In this document: positions 45,961 to 59,649 of the stretch, one piece after another
How the letters are laid out: each line of letters begins with the position of its first letter
Numbering within the stretch: position 1 is the first letter of the stretch
Source of the DNA: Ptychomitrium polyphyllum
Taxonomy: Eukaryota
DNA length: 64,000 nucleotides
Reading direction: 5' to 3'
Assembly: GCA_973851085.1 (NCBI GenBank)
Contig: OZ316776.1
Location: forward strand, 8,246,001-8,310,000
Position numbers and translations under genes: made by a program
Notes under the pieces: generated by a model
What the model was told of the DNA's origin: nothing
Databases searched by the model: none
Seen by the model: the letters and a program-made list of their open reading frames with translations, nothing else

Positions 45961-46799
45961 GAGGCTGATAGTAAGCTTTGGACTCCTCTTCTCCTTCTCT
46001 TTGATTAGCGCAATGTTACATATTCATGAACGCAGCTCAAGTAGTGGTGAGGAAGGCATGTTTAACAAATTGTTTAAAAATACAAGTTTTTCTCTTAAAC
46101 TGGTCATTGATTTCAAGCTGGTTTGGGCTTCATTGTCAAAACGTATAACCTCTCCATGATCCTCAGAAGGTTTCTTTAGCCTGAAGGCTCCTCGAACTTT
46201 GCTAACAGTGCAGACAATGCCAAACAAATATGCATGCATTTGTTTCTGGTTTATGAATGTTGGTGATTAAATTCCAGCAAGTGCAAGCATTTCTGGTTTC
46301 TAGACATTAAGAACGATGTGCCAGCAGGTACATCTGTCCCAAATCCATCATGATGCAGGTCAGCTTTGCGTCTTAAACATGGTCGCGGAAACCAGAATTT
46401 AGTCAAAATGTTAGGTAATAATTAAGAGACTTATATTCAAGAGGACAACCATGTCAAATTTATTCGCGAAACTTCTGCGAAAAGTACAAATGACATTCGA
46501 AGACTTCGCTCTCGTCATGTGTTACAACAATTATGCGGAAGACGTGTATTCTACAATTGATGAGCTAATTTGCTACATGTTGGCAGCTAGCGGTACATAC
46601 TGCCAAGCGTCCGAGGCCGATAATTATGAGGTGAAGGAACTCCAGTGCCGTAACTGTGACCGTTCATGTACTATTGATGTAGTTGAACCGAAGGCTAACG
46701 CCAAGCCCATAAAATATCTGGCTAATCTAGATTCTGTCTCTTTCTATTTGGATCTGCTTCAGGAGCTCATCATCTGGGTTAACTGGCGGTAGTCTCCAA

Positions 46800-47660
46800 G
46801 TTATTAAGTAGCTAGCAATGTGCGACAGGGTTCTCCCGGCGATGACAAGCCCACTCCCCTGGACCACATGCACGCCATTACGAGGGCCGCTAACACCAGG
46901 GAAGTGATGTTGTGCATAGCTGCTCCAGAGTCATCGTCCACAAACATGAGGTACGTCCCTACCACGATGAGCACTGCCGTTTATCCGAACACTCGCTGCT
47001 ACCGCCAATCTATGGAGATTCGGGAAAAGGCGAAATCCCTGATCTGAACTCCCTCCATTTCGTGTTTTGGCACTGGTTGGTCCTTGCTGAGATAATCCTT
47101 CTTCAATCGAACTTGGTGATACTCCCTCCGCTTTCTCTCATCTTCACTCTCGTCAAATGCGGATACTGCGAGTTGTCGGAGTACGGATGAGATCAGACAC
47201 ATGTAGCAAATTAGCTTACCACGACCGCGTTGTAGAAAACGATAGGACTTCATCTGATGGGGCTGGAATGGCCCACGGCCCCGATGAGGCAGTTCCCTAC
47301 TACGGCCACCAAGGTAATGTGGGCCAAATCTGAAACCCAATCCTCGAGTTTTGCCTGGGTCCGCCACCACCGTTTCATATTCGCGCGAACATTTGATTAT
47401 TTGTGCGTACAACGGAGGATGACCCTCTTGTAGATAAAGAAGACGACCACAATAAACTAAATCATAAGAACGATTATGGCAGCCGTTGTCACACCTTCTC
47501 TAATCACCTTCGTCCAGAACCGATGGCTATAGAGCTGTTTCAGATCGGTGTATTCGCACTTGATTCTCTCGAGGATTATCTGTGCTTGGGGGCTTGCCAG
47601 AACCTGTACTGGTGGAAGTAGGGTGACAGGGAATCAATGATGCCAGGATCGAAGTACAGC
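46800..47660 (-). pseudogene. Decayed multi-pass membrane-protein-like coding remnant, family not recognised
   Basis: Minus-strand frames give QIILERIKCEYTDLKQLYSHRFWTKVIREGVTTAAIIVLMI*FIVVVFFIYKR..., LAHITLVAVVGNCLIGAVG, a charged loop, and TAVLIVVGTYLMFV...ITSLVLAALVMACMW, with stops and a frame change. It may extend to about 48540. Confidence 0.4.
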
Positions 47661-49444
47661 CTTGAATGGAGTTTAGCACTATGTCAGCCATACGTAAAGT
47701 TACAACAATATCTGAAAGTACTCGGGCGAAACCTCGAATAACTTTGAAGCATCGTGACGAAAACTGCTGCAATCAGCATTAGTACAGTTGTATACTCGCA
47801 ACACTCCTGACGTCTCCAGTAGGGTAGCGTTCGTCTGAGACATCTTCACAAATTTTTCAAAGTAAATTCCTGCAATCTCAATATGCTCTGATGTGCATTG
47901 CTGCAAGGTACTTGCAAATCCCAGCAATGTAGAAGAGAATATGGTTGGACTGGCATGGACCTGGTTTCACTCGTCACTTCGTCTTCTTGATTAAGTAATC
48001 GGTATGAAAATATATACTTCGAGAAAGCGTGTACAGCGTTCACATTTGGTGAAGAAGAAGCACCTCGGTTACACATGGTGTACCTGCCGAGTTCCGAATA
48101 AACTTTTTCCGACGATGAGACCGACTATTACTTCTGTATGCATGCAGGCAGATGAGGTAAATGTTGATCGAATGGTTTGTCTGCCTCAATGTATTGCTAA
48201 TTTCAGCTTTCGGTCACTGATCACGATGTATTAGCCTTTCACTCAGGTGGCCAGTTTGAGCAGAAAGTCATTGTGGATTTCATACTCTTATTCATGAACA
48301 GTTCTGCAACAAGTAACTGGTAAGCAGTGTCGAAAATGGCATCTGAAGTCGACAGCCGATAGATGATGTGCATAGTAGAACAGCAGGCAGGGTGAGTCAG
48401 ATCCATAAAAAGATAATCTGTGCCATTCACTCGGATTATCGGACATTGTTGAAGATTTTTTAGAATGCAAGCTATTCTCTTGACATCTCTCCACTGCTCT
48501 TTAATTTTTGTTACAGCAGTTGATGTTCTTTCTTTTTCCATTATAGGAATAAGTGAATCCACAGTAGAAAGAAGACCCCTTCTCAAGTTCTGTACTGAAC
48601 AAGACTTAGAGTGTATAATTAGAGAAGTTGGAGAATTTTTTACTTGTTTGATTTGACATTTTGTAATTTCAAATTGGGTGGTGGAATTGGTTAGCGTGTA
48701 GGGTAATAGGTTAATCATGATGATTTGGAGTAAACATATGATGGAAAATTGGATATCAATAAAGATTGTATAGTATTCATATTTCAATGCAATTCAACAT
48801 TGTAAATAACAAACTTTATATCTTAAATTAATGTAACTTCTAAAGATAACAATTTTAGGATTAAAAAGTTAGTAATTTCTCTTTATAATGTCTTGTACTA
48901 AGATATATAATATATGATTTACAATTTCAAATTGATTAATTCAATCCAACTACACAATTTTTTAAGATTTCTACAAAATTCAAATGTTTTTCATTCACAT
49001 TAATACTAATGGGTTGATTTTTTCTCTTCATGAATTTCTAAATTATAATCCTAGCATCCACATACTCCAAATTTGCAACAAAAGTCTTTTAAATTTCAAT
49101 TAAATCAATTTCAGACTTTGGTGGCTTTCCTGATATTACTTGATGGCTCTCCATCCAAGTGATATTCAATTTGTAGCATATAAGCATTTGGTTTCTATGA
49201 CATCAGTTTTGAGAACTTGAGTAAAATACTACAAATTGGAAAATATACTTTAATCACACGCTTTGACTAAACCTTTTACTTTCACTCGGACAGGTGCTAA
49301 ATCAAAAAACAAATGGCAATCGGAGCTTGTGAAGAGTGCCTCACAGACTTATACCACTCAACATGGTAGCAGAAGGATAGTTCACGAGAATATTGTACGT
49401 CAGGAACGCATTCTTCATAACCTTGGCAATGCATATTGTGGACA

Positions 49445-51718
49445 TCAAGCCCGACTATCTTCTGTTCTTTTGGCAGAGATCATGATAAATTGGTTACGGC
49501 GGATGCGAGAATACTCTACAAGACCACAAGTTCCACACAACTCTTCCAGCTCTGATTCTTCCCAATATCTCAGAGTACTTGAACTTATTGCTCCTTTGAT
49601 AGCCTGTAAGTCCACAATGAACATACAAACATTACGATTTAGTCACAAAACCTGAATTACAGCCAGCCAGTCAGACATAGCAGCACCTTTGACTATAGCC
49701 AGTCTTGACTCATTACAGGCTCGCTTTGCAAGTGCAAGAGTTAAAATAAGCATATTACTTGAAGAAGTTGTGTACTTGTGAAGAGAACTATTGTGATCAT
49801 GTCAAGACCTTATTGTCACAAACCTTTTCAAGACGGAAGAGAAAATGAGAATGTACAAGATTCCGACAAACCTTGCGAAGATCTTTACTTCCGAAGTCGA
49901 TGATTGGGATTGGAGAGAGGAAGGTAGTAGCAACGAAGATACCACCTGGCTTCAAAATTCGACTTATTTCGGCCATCTAAACATCAAAAGTAAAGATTTA
50001 TTGTTATCATCCTTGAGATGGGATAAAAACACCAAGTTTTTGAGCAAAGTGAAACCAAGAAATATTACAGAGGGAACTTTGAAGGCAGACTCTCATACCC
50101 CAGCTGCAGGAGACGGCCAGCAATGAAGAGCTGCTCCAGCGTGCACTGCATCAATAGATCCTGATGCAAACGGTAGCCTAGCAACGTCTGCTCTCACCAA
50201 AGCTATGTTCCTGAAATTATATAAGAATCAGAAAAAACAGTGTCAATTACCCTTTACATGGAGGAATTAGGTCTAGTTGGAGCAATAAAGAAGAAATAAA
50301 GAAGACTGGAGGATAGAGATTTCATGACTCACGAATTTCGAAGTGACACATCTTGTCTGATAAACTCGTTGGATTGACGAAGCATGTTCTCTGAAAAGTC
50401 GAGAGCTACGACAGACTTATAATCCCCACTCTGTGCAAACCGGCGTGTGAACAAGCCGCTCCCACAGCTGACGTCAACGAGGACACCTCCTTGAACTGGC
50501 TTGAAATACTCTTGGGCCATCTTGAACTGCACCCATCGCCATTTGGCATAGAAACCCATGTTTGAGAGAAGCGATTATGGCGTTGTAGAATGCAGTGTTA
50601 CAACTTCAGCAGCAAATAACACATTGATCAATAGTAAAAATTGGTTGAATGTAGAAGCGAACCTCTTCGTCAGGACCGGGAAAGCCTGCCCGACCAAAGT
50701 TTTGTCGCCAACCTCGCTCATACACAAATGAGACCACTGGGCTCCTGATTTAACTCGCAGAAAAACCACCCATATTATGAATCCAAATCAATGAGTGACT
50801 CGAGTAATGATATCCTGTGCAATTGATCACTGATAATTATGCAGAACCAATTAGTGCATTTCTAGTGGGTTGAGACAACACACCTAAATAACTCGGTTCC
50901 TCTCGTTGTGTCTTCATCATACACTCGAGTGCCCTCCAAAATAGTTAGGTCAAGGTAATCTAATCTGTTGGAAAACCCCCTTCTACAGCTCTTGCAGGCG
51001 AATCCTGACTTCTTTATTGCAGCTCTAGAGATACCCCAAACCGATCACAATGTCAGCTTGTATGATTAAATTCCATTGTTACAAATGAATTGTCTTTTAC
51101 AAACAAACATTCTTGCAATTGTTACAAGATTCGTGCAATTGCAATTACTAGTAAAATCTCCTCTTCACTGCATTTGAATCATCTTGCTACAAAAAATTCA
51201 AACCTGTCTTTAGGGTAAAAGGCTTACTGGGAGAGGCCTGAAGGACCAGTTCTGCTAAGAGGTTGGAAGCAGATAGGGCAGCATAGAAGCTCGCTCGTAG
51301 AAGTCGACTCTTCTGCCTCCCTATTCTTGTTTGGCTCCTGCAACAAGCACCTCATCAAAATCTTTAACTCAGGAACAAAATTTGCAACCGTGGATATTGC
51401 CAAACCAAGAGGAAAAAGAGACAAGGAAAGAGTGGAGCAGAGAACGGAGACACAGGGGAAATCGCTTACCGAGTCTAGGTCTCTGTAGGCAGTGACCGTC
51501 GCCCTCACTGCTGCGTTGCCCTTACTTCTTTCCTGTACAATCCGATTTCCTACATCCTTAACAGAACCTTGAATCAAGCTTCGCAATGACTTCGATTGCC
51601 AGGGTGACAATTTCAACAACTTAGAACTGGAGGTTGCTTCAGCAGAACGAATCACGCTAGAACGCTGCAACAAAGAATTTGCAGCAGTAGCCGTGTTTGC
51701 ACACATTGATGTCGCCAT
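49445..51718 (-). CDS. Plastid class I SAM-dependent methyltransferase (At2g41040-like)
   Basis: Ser/Ala-rich transit-like N-terminus, CCPICFQPL...CKSC Cys pairs, YERGWRQNFGRAGFPGPDEE, motif I VLVDVSCGSGLFTRRF, DFSENML, DAVHAGAALHCWPSP; stop at 49445-49447. Confidence 0.88.
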
Positions 51719-52768
51719 GCCAATACTGCGCTCCGAAACAGAAGATGGTGTCTCAAGCACACTGGACTCAGTTCGTATGACCAGCTCGAGGAGTAAACTC
51801 TCGAATAAGCAATTGCCAGTCTTAAGTGTAGTCACCACCGCCAAGCAGCGTGTCTCCACGACCCAAGAGCAGCCTTAATCGATGAACCCAGAGTTGTGCG
51901 GTGAGCCCATCGTCACGGCTTCCATGGAGGGACAGTTGACGTGGGCGCCTTGGCAACGTGGCTGTGTGTGAAGCAGGAGGAAAAACGAACCCTGTTACGT
52001 TCTTCTGTTGGCCTCTCCTTCTCGGCACAAGTCATCCTCCCTTTTCCTTTCCCTTCCGTGTTCCTTACTCCACTTTTCGAGTATGTTCTAACTGAGTTGC
52101 AATAATTAGCGGCAATAAAGCTATCTCCAGGTGGGTCATAGATATATGAGCATGCGCGACGTCTCACCGCTTTCACCTACAGCTCGTTGAAGCGTTTGTG
52201 AAAAGATGTGGAAAGATAGCAAAATCAGTAGATAATCAAGAAATGTCATTTAATCTCGTCCGTCAACAGTAAAAGTTCTTCACTTCCAAACTGGAACTGC
52301 TTTCTTTTCTATTACAGAAAACGTGACATTGGTATTTGCACTGAGGATCATGGAACTTGTGGACATGAATCTCATGCTTGAACCTCCTTGTGAGAGGTTG
52401 AATTCACTAGATGATTGCATTTTGGAGGAAAGAAAAGAATCTCACGGTGCAGAAGCTTTTCAAGCAAAATTAACAGCATTTGAAATCAGTTGCCAAAACA
52501 ATTCCATCTCAATAAGGTCTTTTTTTGATAAATCTGATTCTCCCAAGTTCAAGTGCTCTCGTCATGCAAAACGTATAAAGTCTGTCGTTGAAAAAGTATC
52601 TGTATGTATTTAAAGTGAACCGTGTTTACATGAAAATTCAATGTCAAATTTGTACAGATAACCAGAACTCCTGAGGTATAGCTACAATACGACCCCACAT
52701 GATTGGGAAAGCAAAGGTACACCGAGGCAAAACTCAAATGGTACGAATGTAAACTCCAAGTGCAGCAC

Positions 52769-55700
52769 TCAGTAGTAGTTTCCAATCTTGCGGTGATGGG
52801 CAGCAGTTTTCCCGTCAGCGTTAGATACGTTGCCATCGGTAACTTCGGCATACACAATCCAGTGATCTGCAACTTCAAGACGGCTTTTCACTTCGCACTC
52901 CATAAAAGCTAAAGCTTCCATCAAGATAGGACTCCCATTTTGCGCAGCCGTCCACTTCACTCCTTCGAACCGGTCGGCTGCAGGATTACAGTTCGACATG
53001 CTTTGGTTATGAAATATGTCTCAACGTGTTAACCATAAAAGCTGAGTAATTTCGAGTTAGGTAATGCAAAAACTTGATCCACCAAAAAGATCGAGAATAT
53101 GGGATGAATTACCTCCAGGTGGAAACCGCTTCAAGAAATGTTTCATCAACGGTGCATACTTGCCCTCTTCAAGACAGTTGAGTACAAATGTATCACCAAC
53201 CTGTCAGCCAACAAACACGGAAGTGGTGATCATCCAGTTCGTGACGTTCACCAAGGAATGTTTAGAAAAAGCGAGAAAATCCCTAGCACAGGATTTCGAA
53301 GATTACAAGCCATTTGAATTTGTAAAAGTACCTGCATAAGCGACTCAATGGCTCTGTCTTTTGCAACAGCAATGGTGATGCCTAGAGGTTTGAAACTCGC
53401 CTGCTCACACAACCAGTGCAAGTTAATGTTACATATCAGCAACTAGAGTATACATCATCAAAATGAAGTTCAACAATTGCGATTGACTAAATCATTTACG
53501 CTGAGGTAGCTGGCACGCACCTGAGAAACCCAGGATGCAATCATAGCACTCTTGGACACACCCTTTTGCGCAGTGACAACATAAAGGCCACCAGATATAC
53601 GACCAATTGCTTTTGCCACGTCAACTGGCATATTTAGCTTCTTCGCTTCAATGACCTTTTTCTGAGTGAGTACCTGGCCCAGATCAGTGCCCGCCTCTTC
53701 AAACAACTGATATCTGCAGATGAAACGCACCAAAAGAATCAACAATCAACACGAATTTCAAAGTTTAACGAGCTGGACCCTTGCAATCACAGACTTCTCA
53801 GCCACCAATATAACAAAGTTATAAAAAAAAAGACGAGAAAGGGGTATGAGCACTTTACGTTGCTTCTGTTGGCGTTTCTTTAACTCTGATTGGAGGTAGA
53901 GTCGTCGAATTTCCAGCTCCCATGAACCGTCCCACCAGTGTATCCACTGGTTCGTCATCTCCTCCATAGCTCTCCGCTATCAACACGGACTGTGAATGAT
54001 TTTTCATTCTCCATCAGAACCTCTCGATGCTATCGGTAATAAACGATCATCGTTAATAACCACCAATCAACCTCAGCTAGGAACAGATACAGTTGGGAAA
54101 CACTCACTTGCTTGCCTTTGACAGACGGAACCAAGGTTGAAACAGCTGCGTTCGCAGGACCCTGACTAGGTGGTGCCATGATGACGACTGCGGCAACCTT
54201 ACCTACACACTCAATCAGTTCCTGAGAATCTACGGTGTTCAGATCCAGCATCTCCACCAGTGTGTTTGTCTTCGTCAAGCCTTTTGCAAGAGCCTGCCCC
54301 ATCATGATTCATAGCAAAATTGAAGCGAAAGTTAATACCTGGAGTTTTTTAAACACAACTTTCCAATCATCAACATTTAGAAAGAGTAACATCTCATAGA
54401 AGAAATATTGAATACAACTGTTGCTTTCTCATTACATTCTGAAGCAATAAATGTAGATATCATTTATATACCTGTGAAAGACGGTCACTGAAACCATAGT
54501 CAGATACGTAAAGAACAGCTGCGGAGGTCAATTTCTTCTCCTGAGCATCTTTACTCCAGGTCTCATACTTCAGCATAAGATCTGCAACATTGTAACGCAA
54601 CAACGGACCGTGACCTGGTGCAATCATCCCAAACTCCTTATCGCTAAGGCGTTTCAGTGCTGACAGCACGGATCGGGCATTAGGACGCATAAGGCAGTCA
54701 TAATAGAACCGGAAATGTGACTCAAGTGTCTCCAGATCCTCGTCAAATACCTGTAGCCAACCAGGATTTGCATTACATTTTATTTAAATTTCATCTTTAA
54801 TAATCAAACAAAAAAACAAAGAAAGAAAGAAAAAAGAGCCATTTTCTAAATCATCAATTCAGGGGTCCAAAAGGTCTTACAGCTTGAGAACAATAGTGCA
54901 TGCCGAACGCATCACACGTGAATAGAATCCCGGACTTGCGGTCCAGGGTAAACATTGTGTCCGGCCAATGCAAATTGGGAGCAATCACAAACTCCAAGAC
55001 ATGCCCATTTCCAAGCTCCAAGGTATCTCCTCCCTGCGTCCCACATCAGGTGCAACAACAATATTCAACACCTAACATACAAAATTAGTATATTACAGCT
55101 TATGAACCAAAAGAAGAACACATGTCGGATACTAAAACTACAAATCAGAAACGTACCTTCACAGTCTTGCTCTTGAAAGGACGCAGAATGAGATTCTGCA
55201 AGAACTGAATGCACACTTTTGAGCCCACCACCACAGCATTCGGCGCTAGCTCTAGAAGGTCCGGAATCAATCCACTATGATCCGGTTCAGTATGGTTGGC
55301 TACGATGTAATCAATGTTGCTCGGATCAATCTCATTCTTAAGTGCCGCTAAGTACAGTTCCCGAAACTTCTCATGAGAAGCATCAATCACAGTGAGCTTG
55401 TCACCTTCGATTACATACGAATTGTACGTGGTTCCGTTTTGCAGGCCGAATTCACTGCAGCAACGCCATCGAGAATCTCGTAGGTTAAAAACCAAAAAAA
55501 ACCATGAATTGGCTACGGCAGTGGCATGATAGAAGACAAATGTGCATCTAATCTCGACTCTGTCGATAGAAGTACTGAGTTTAGGTCACGTACATGTCAA
55601 ACCTATCGCGGTCCCAATCCAGGGAGCGGATGGTCTTGGTCTCGGGGCCAATCACCACGCTCTGCGTTTGGATGCGCTTGCTCTCCTGCCACTTCACAAT

Positions 55701-55934
55701 CTGGGAAACCTTCGGCGCCTCCGCCACACTCGCTGCTTGCGCCCTCACACCAATTTTACCACTGCTCACCTTCAACCTCTCAAAGCTAGAAAAGCGCCCT
55801 GACACGAAACTATGCCGAAATGCAGGGACGAAAAAACTCCGCAAATTCACATCGGATCCTACAACACCTCGATGAGGAGCCTCACACACAGACCTAACTC
55901 CCACCGGCACGGCAGCTGCCATCGCCCCCGCCAT
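52769..55934 (-). CDS. FLVB: Flavodiiron protein, Flv3/FLVB type, chloroplast
   Basis: [26 protein letters not shown], canonical [29 protein letters not shown], flavodoxin SDYGFSDRL, flavin-reductase C-terminus HHRKIGNYY. The intact di-iron ligands indicate the B (Flv3) type. Confidence 0.9.
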
Positions 55935-57188
55935 GCTCACGCCTCAATGGAACTCACGGCACGAAATGATCTCTTCAACAGGCTCCAAATCTGTGGCCTT
56001 AATTGCAATCGGGAGAAACTGTGGGTTTAGTGAAACTTAGCCTTGGAAACCGTAGTTTCGGACGAGCTTGTCCAAATGCAGTGCTTCTGATGGAGTTGGA
56101 ATCGACAGAGGCAACTGAACCGACCTGATTGTAATCCTGGGTGGGCGAGCAGCCATACAAGAGAGCAGATATTATGCCTGTATCGAGAGGATGCGAGTTA
56201 GTTCTGTGTGGCTGACATTGTGGAGCCTCGTCCACCTCAGAAAATCAACGTTACCACCATTCATGGCCTACCACGTGTTGAAAGCGGTGAGTTGATGACA
56301 GACTCGGAAGTCATGAGCTGATTAATACAATCCATAGTACAACAATAGCTTTTGTAAATACTGTAGACCGTGAAGTTAGTGAAATTGGTGCAGCTGAATA
56401 CTCCAGTGAAGCACTGTTATTGGAGAGATATAGTTTTTTTGGAAGAGAAAACATTTATTCAATCAGGCCGGTGAAGAAATCAAAGCATTGCTCGACGCCG
56501 AACGCATGGCGGAAGTGAGTGGACTCATAAGAATCCTTTTTCTGAACCTGTGTTGATGATTAGTTGACAGACCAGACGAAATTACAGAAAACAGTTGCTT
56601 AGAGATTGCTGATGCAGTCTCGGTCGCGTTCAATTCCGTCCTTTTCAAAGCTCGCCATGATTCTGGAGGGTCAGGACGTTTCCAAAGCCGGATGTTGGTG
56701 TTTCTGTTGTCTGTCGATTCTTCCGATTGATTCCGAGGAGGATGAGCTGGGTGCCTTTTTCGATTCAATAGAGTGGGCCAAATGCGTGTGAATGTTGCGC
56801 AGCGAGCTGAATCAGGTGGGGTCACGGTCAAGCCCGCGTGACTGGAAGGTCCAATTGGGGAGCACAAGAGGTGACGTCGCAACTCCTTCGCCTGCAAGCA
56901 ATCTCTGTAATACATTGATCCACACTCGTGGCCCTTCCCAGGCATGGATTGGCGGTGAGATAGCTTTTCGAGGCCTTTCGGGGTCCAAAACTGCCGCTTT
57001 CGAAGAGCTACTCCACCGATCCTCCGTCAGACAACCTATTTTATGCTCGCCCGGATGCCACGCAGGGTCAATCAGTCACTTCCAACAAGCACACGCTCTA
57101 CACTCTTGGACGTGGTGGTCAGTTTGGACTTACAACTTCAGTTGTCAACTTCGAAATTTGAGCTACCAGTAGTGGACTCGTAGGAGAG

Positions 57189-59649
57189 ATGGCGACGTTG
57201 TCTATGCTATCGAAGTCACCAATTGGGTTATCGTCTTCGATGCAAATCACCCGTAGCTTGTTGCAGACTGCGAACGGGGGGAAGATTGTTGCTCTTGCGG
57301 TTCCGAGGTTGAAGAAAGCAGCTACGTCTGGTGGGAGAGGGCGGTTGTTCAGTGAGTTTCATGGGGCAAGGGTGGTTCCTATTGAGTCCGTTGCGCCTAA
57401 GAGGAAGTCGTGGGCGAGGGCGGCGCGGGCGTTTTCCAACACCGGGGAGGAGTCTTTGAGAAAGAGCGAGGATTTGGAGAGCCTGAAAGCTAGCCAGATC
57501 AAGAAGGTGCGAGCTGCTGCTACTCTCTTTCGATTCATGAGCTGAATTGCAACCCAAAGAGTAGCAGCGCTCACGTTTTGGCTTGTGTTGAGCTCTTGAT
57601 GTTGCAGTAGTTCGATTGGGGAAGGGTATGCGGTTTTGGAATTTGTAGTCAAAGGGTTTTCAATGTGGGGAGGTTGCATAGTTTTGATCGATATCGCATC
57701 TTTTTCTCTGTCGCAGGTTCTAGATGCTGGCAAAGTCGATTACCGTGACTGTCTAGAGAGGAAGGAGTTGGTGCAGCGGTTGAAGAATACCAAGGATTTT
57801 ATCCCTCCTGCTGCTCAACAGCTGCTGCAGCGCATCCTTCGTGGGCAAGATGATGCGGAGCTATCTGCTTCTTCGTTGGAAGTCTCGAGTCCTGTGGAAG
57901 GTGATAATCCTGAACTTTTTACAAGTTATCGTTTATTTCTCAAGTTCTGAATTGAGAGGGGGAAAAGGAAATATGATCTGTTGGTTGACCTAATTTACGA
58001 ATGAGAGTTGCCATGTTTTCGTGCTTTTTCCCGGCTTTGATGTCTATTGCAACCATTCATGATTTGCAGTAAAGCTGGATGAGTTTTGTGACGAGAATTG
58101 TGGTCGATGCACAGATTGGTGGCTAGAAGCAGAGCGGAACACGGTGAGAGTGTTCCAGGACTGTAGTTCTTCGGTAGCGAATATCTCAACATCTACTACT
58201 GCAAGTATCGGCATGTCAATGAATCCTATTGAAATTCCCAGGGGTACAGGAAGTGCCTTTGTGTGGGACACAGATGGGCATGTTGTCACAAACTATCATG
58301 TTGTCATGAATGGCAACAAAGCGAAGATCACCCTTGCGGATGCAAGCACTTGGGAGGGTATACTTGTTGGAGTTGCGAAAAACAAGGATCTTGCAGTCCT
58401 TAAAATTTCTGCCCCAGCTTCGAAGCTGAAGCCCATTGTTGTCGGATCATCTCAGGTTGATTTTCACTTCTATATTTCTTTTTTCCTTAGATCTAATTCT
58501 TTCTTGCACTGTGAAGTTCTGATTTCTTTCAATCAAAGAATTTTTTGAGAGTAAGTATTGAGCTTCATTCCTTAATTTTACAGGCCTTGCAAGTTGGGCA
58601 ACATGTGTTAGCCATTGGGAATCCATTCGGTTTGGACCGGACTTTGACAAGCGGCATCATTTCTGGTGTTGGGCGAGACATTAGGTCGATTGGAGGTGCC
58701 TTAATCAAGGGTGTTGTCCAGACGGATGCATCCATTAATCCTGGAAACTCAGGGGGTCCTCTCTTGGACAGTCAAGGGCGATTAATTGGAGTGAACACAG
58801 CCATATATTCACCCTCTGGTGCAAGTGCTGGTGTTGGTTTTGCCATTCCTGTTGACACGGTGCGCAGGGTGGTTAATGAGTTGATAAGAAAGGGAAAAGT
58901 TTCGAGACCAGGGTTAGGCGTTGCGTGCGCCCCGGATAGTCAAGCCAAGCAACTTGGAGTTACTAATGGTGTATTGATTCTTAATGTAATGGAGAACGGT
59001 GCAGCTGCGAAGGCTGGTCTTTTACGTGAGCGTTTTTTCGCAGTCCCTTGACAATGGAGTTGTTTCTTTCATCAAAAATATTATCAGAGGCGTTCTTGTT
59101 AATGCGTTTCTAACGCTATCTGCTTGTAATTGTGCACAGCTACAAAGCGAGATCTTTTTGGTAGAATCGAACTTGGAGATATTGTTGTCGGTATCAATGG
59201 ACAGGTGAGTTGTAGTGCTGAACTTTTCACTTCTAGCTCTGACTGATGGTTTCAGCTTTGATTGTATCAATATGCTGTTTGCATCTTTCTTCCTGATACA
59301 GAATGGTTGAGCGTAAGATCTGATTGACGTGTATCACACTGTGCAGACATTGAGTCGTATGGATGATCTAGTAGCAGCTTGTGATGAGCGCCAAATTGGA
59401 GACAGGATACGGGTAAGACTGGTGGTTGTATTCTGTTTCGTTTACTGCTTGCGTCCATTTTCTGGAGTAGCTCTTGCTAGATATCAATTCCTTATGCGTC
59501 TATATGTGTCTTAAATTTGCAAAAGGAACTGCACGTACTGGTCATTTTATTCACAGGATTCTGGAAATTTGATTTATCTGCAGGTTACTGTGAAAAGGGG
59601 AAACTTGATCCGGGACGTTTATATCACACTACAAGAAATCAACGAGTAG
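57189..59649 (+). CDS. Deg/HtrA serine protease (Deg1/Deg8-like) with one PDZ domain and an N-terminal SAP-like module
   Basis: GTGSAFVWD; catalytic triad contexts TNYHVV, KDLAVL and [26 protein letters not shown] region after RPGLGV; transit-like N-terminus; stop at 59647-59649. Confidence 0.9.

Noticed and set aside
52769..55934. FLVB as recent bacterial HGT or contamination
   Set aside because: It has many GT-AG introns and a transit peptide; flavodiiron genes are normal endosymbiont-derived genes in non-flowering plants.
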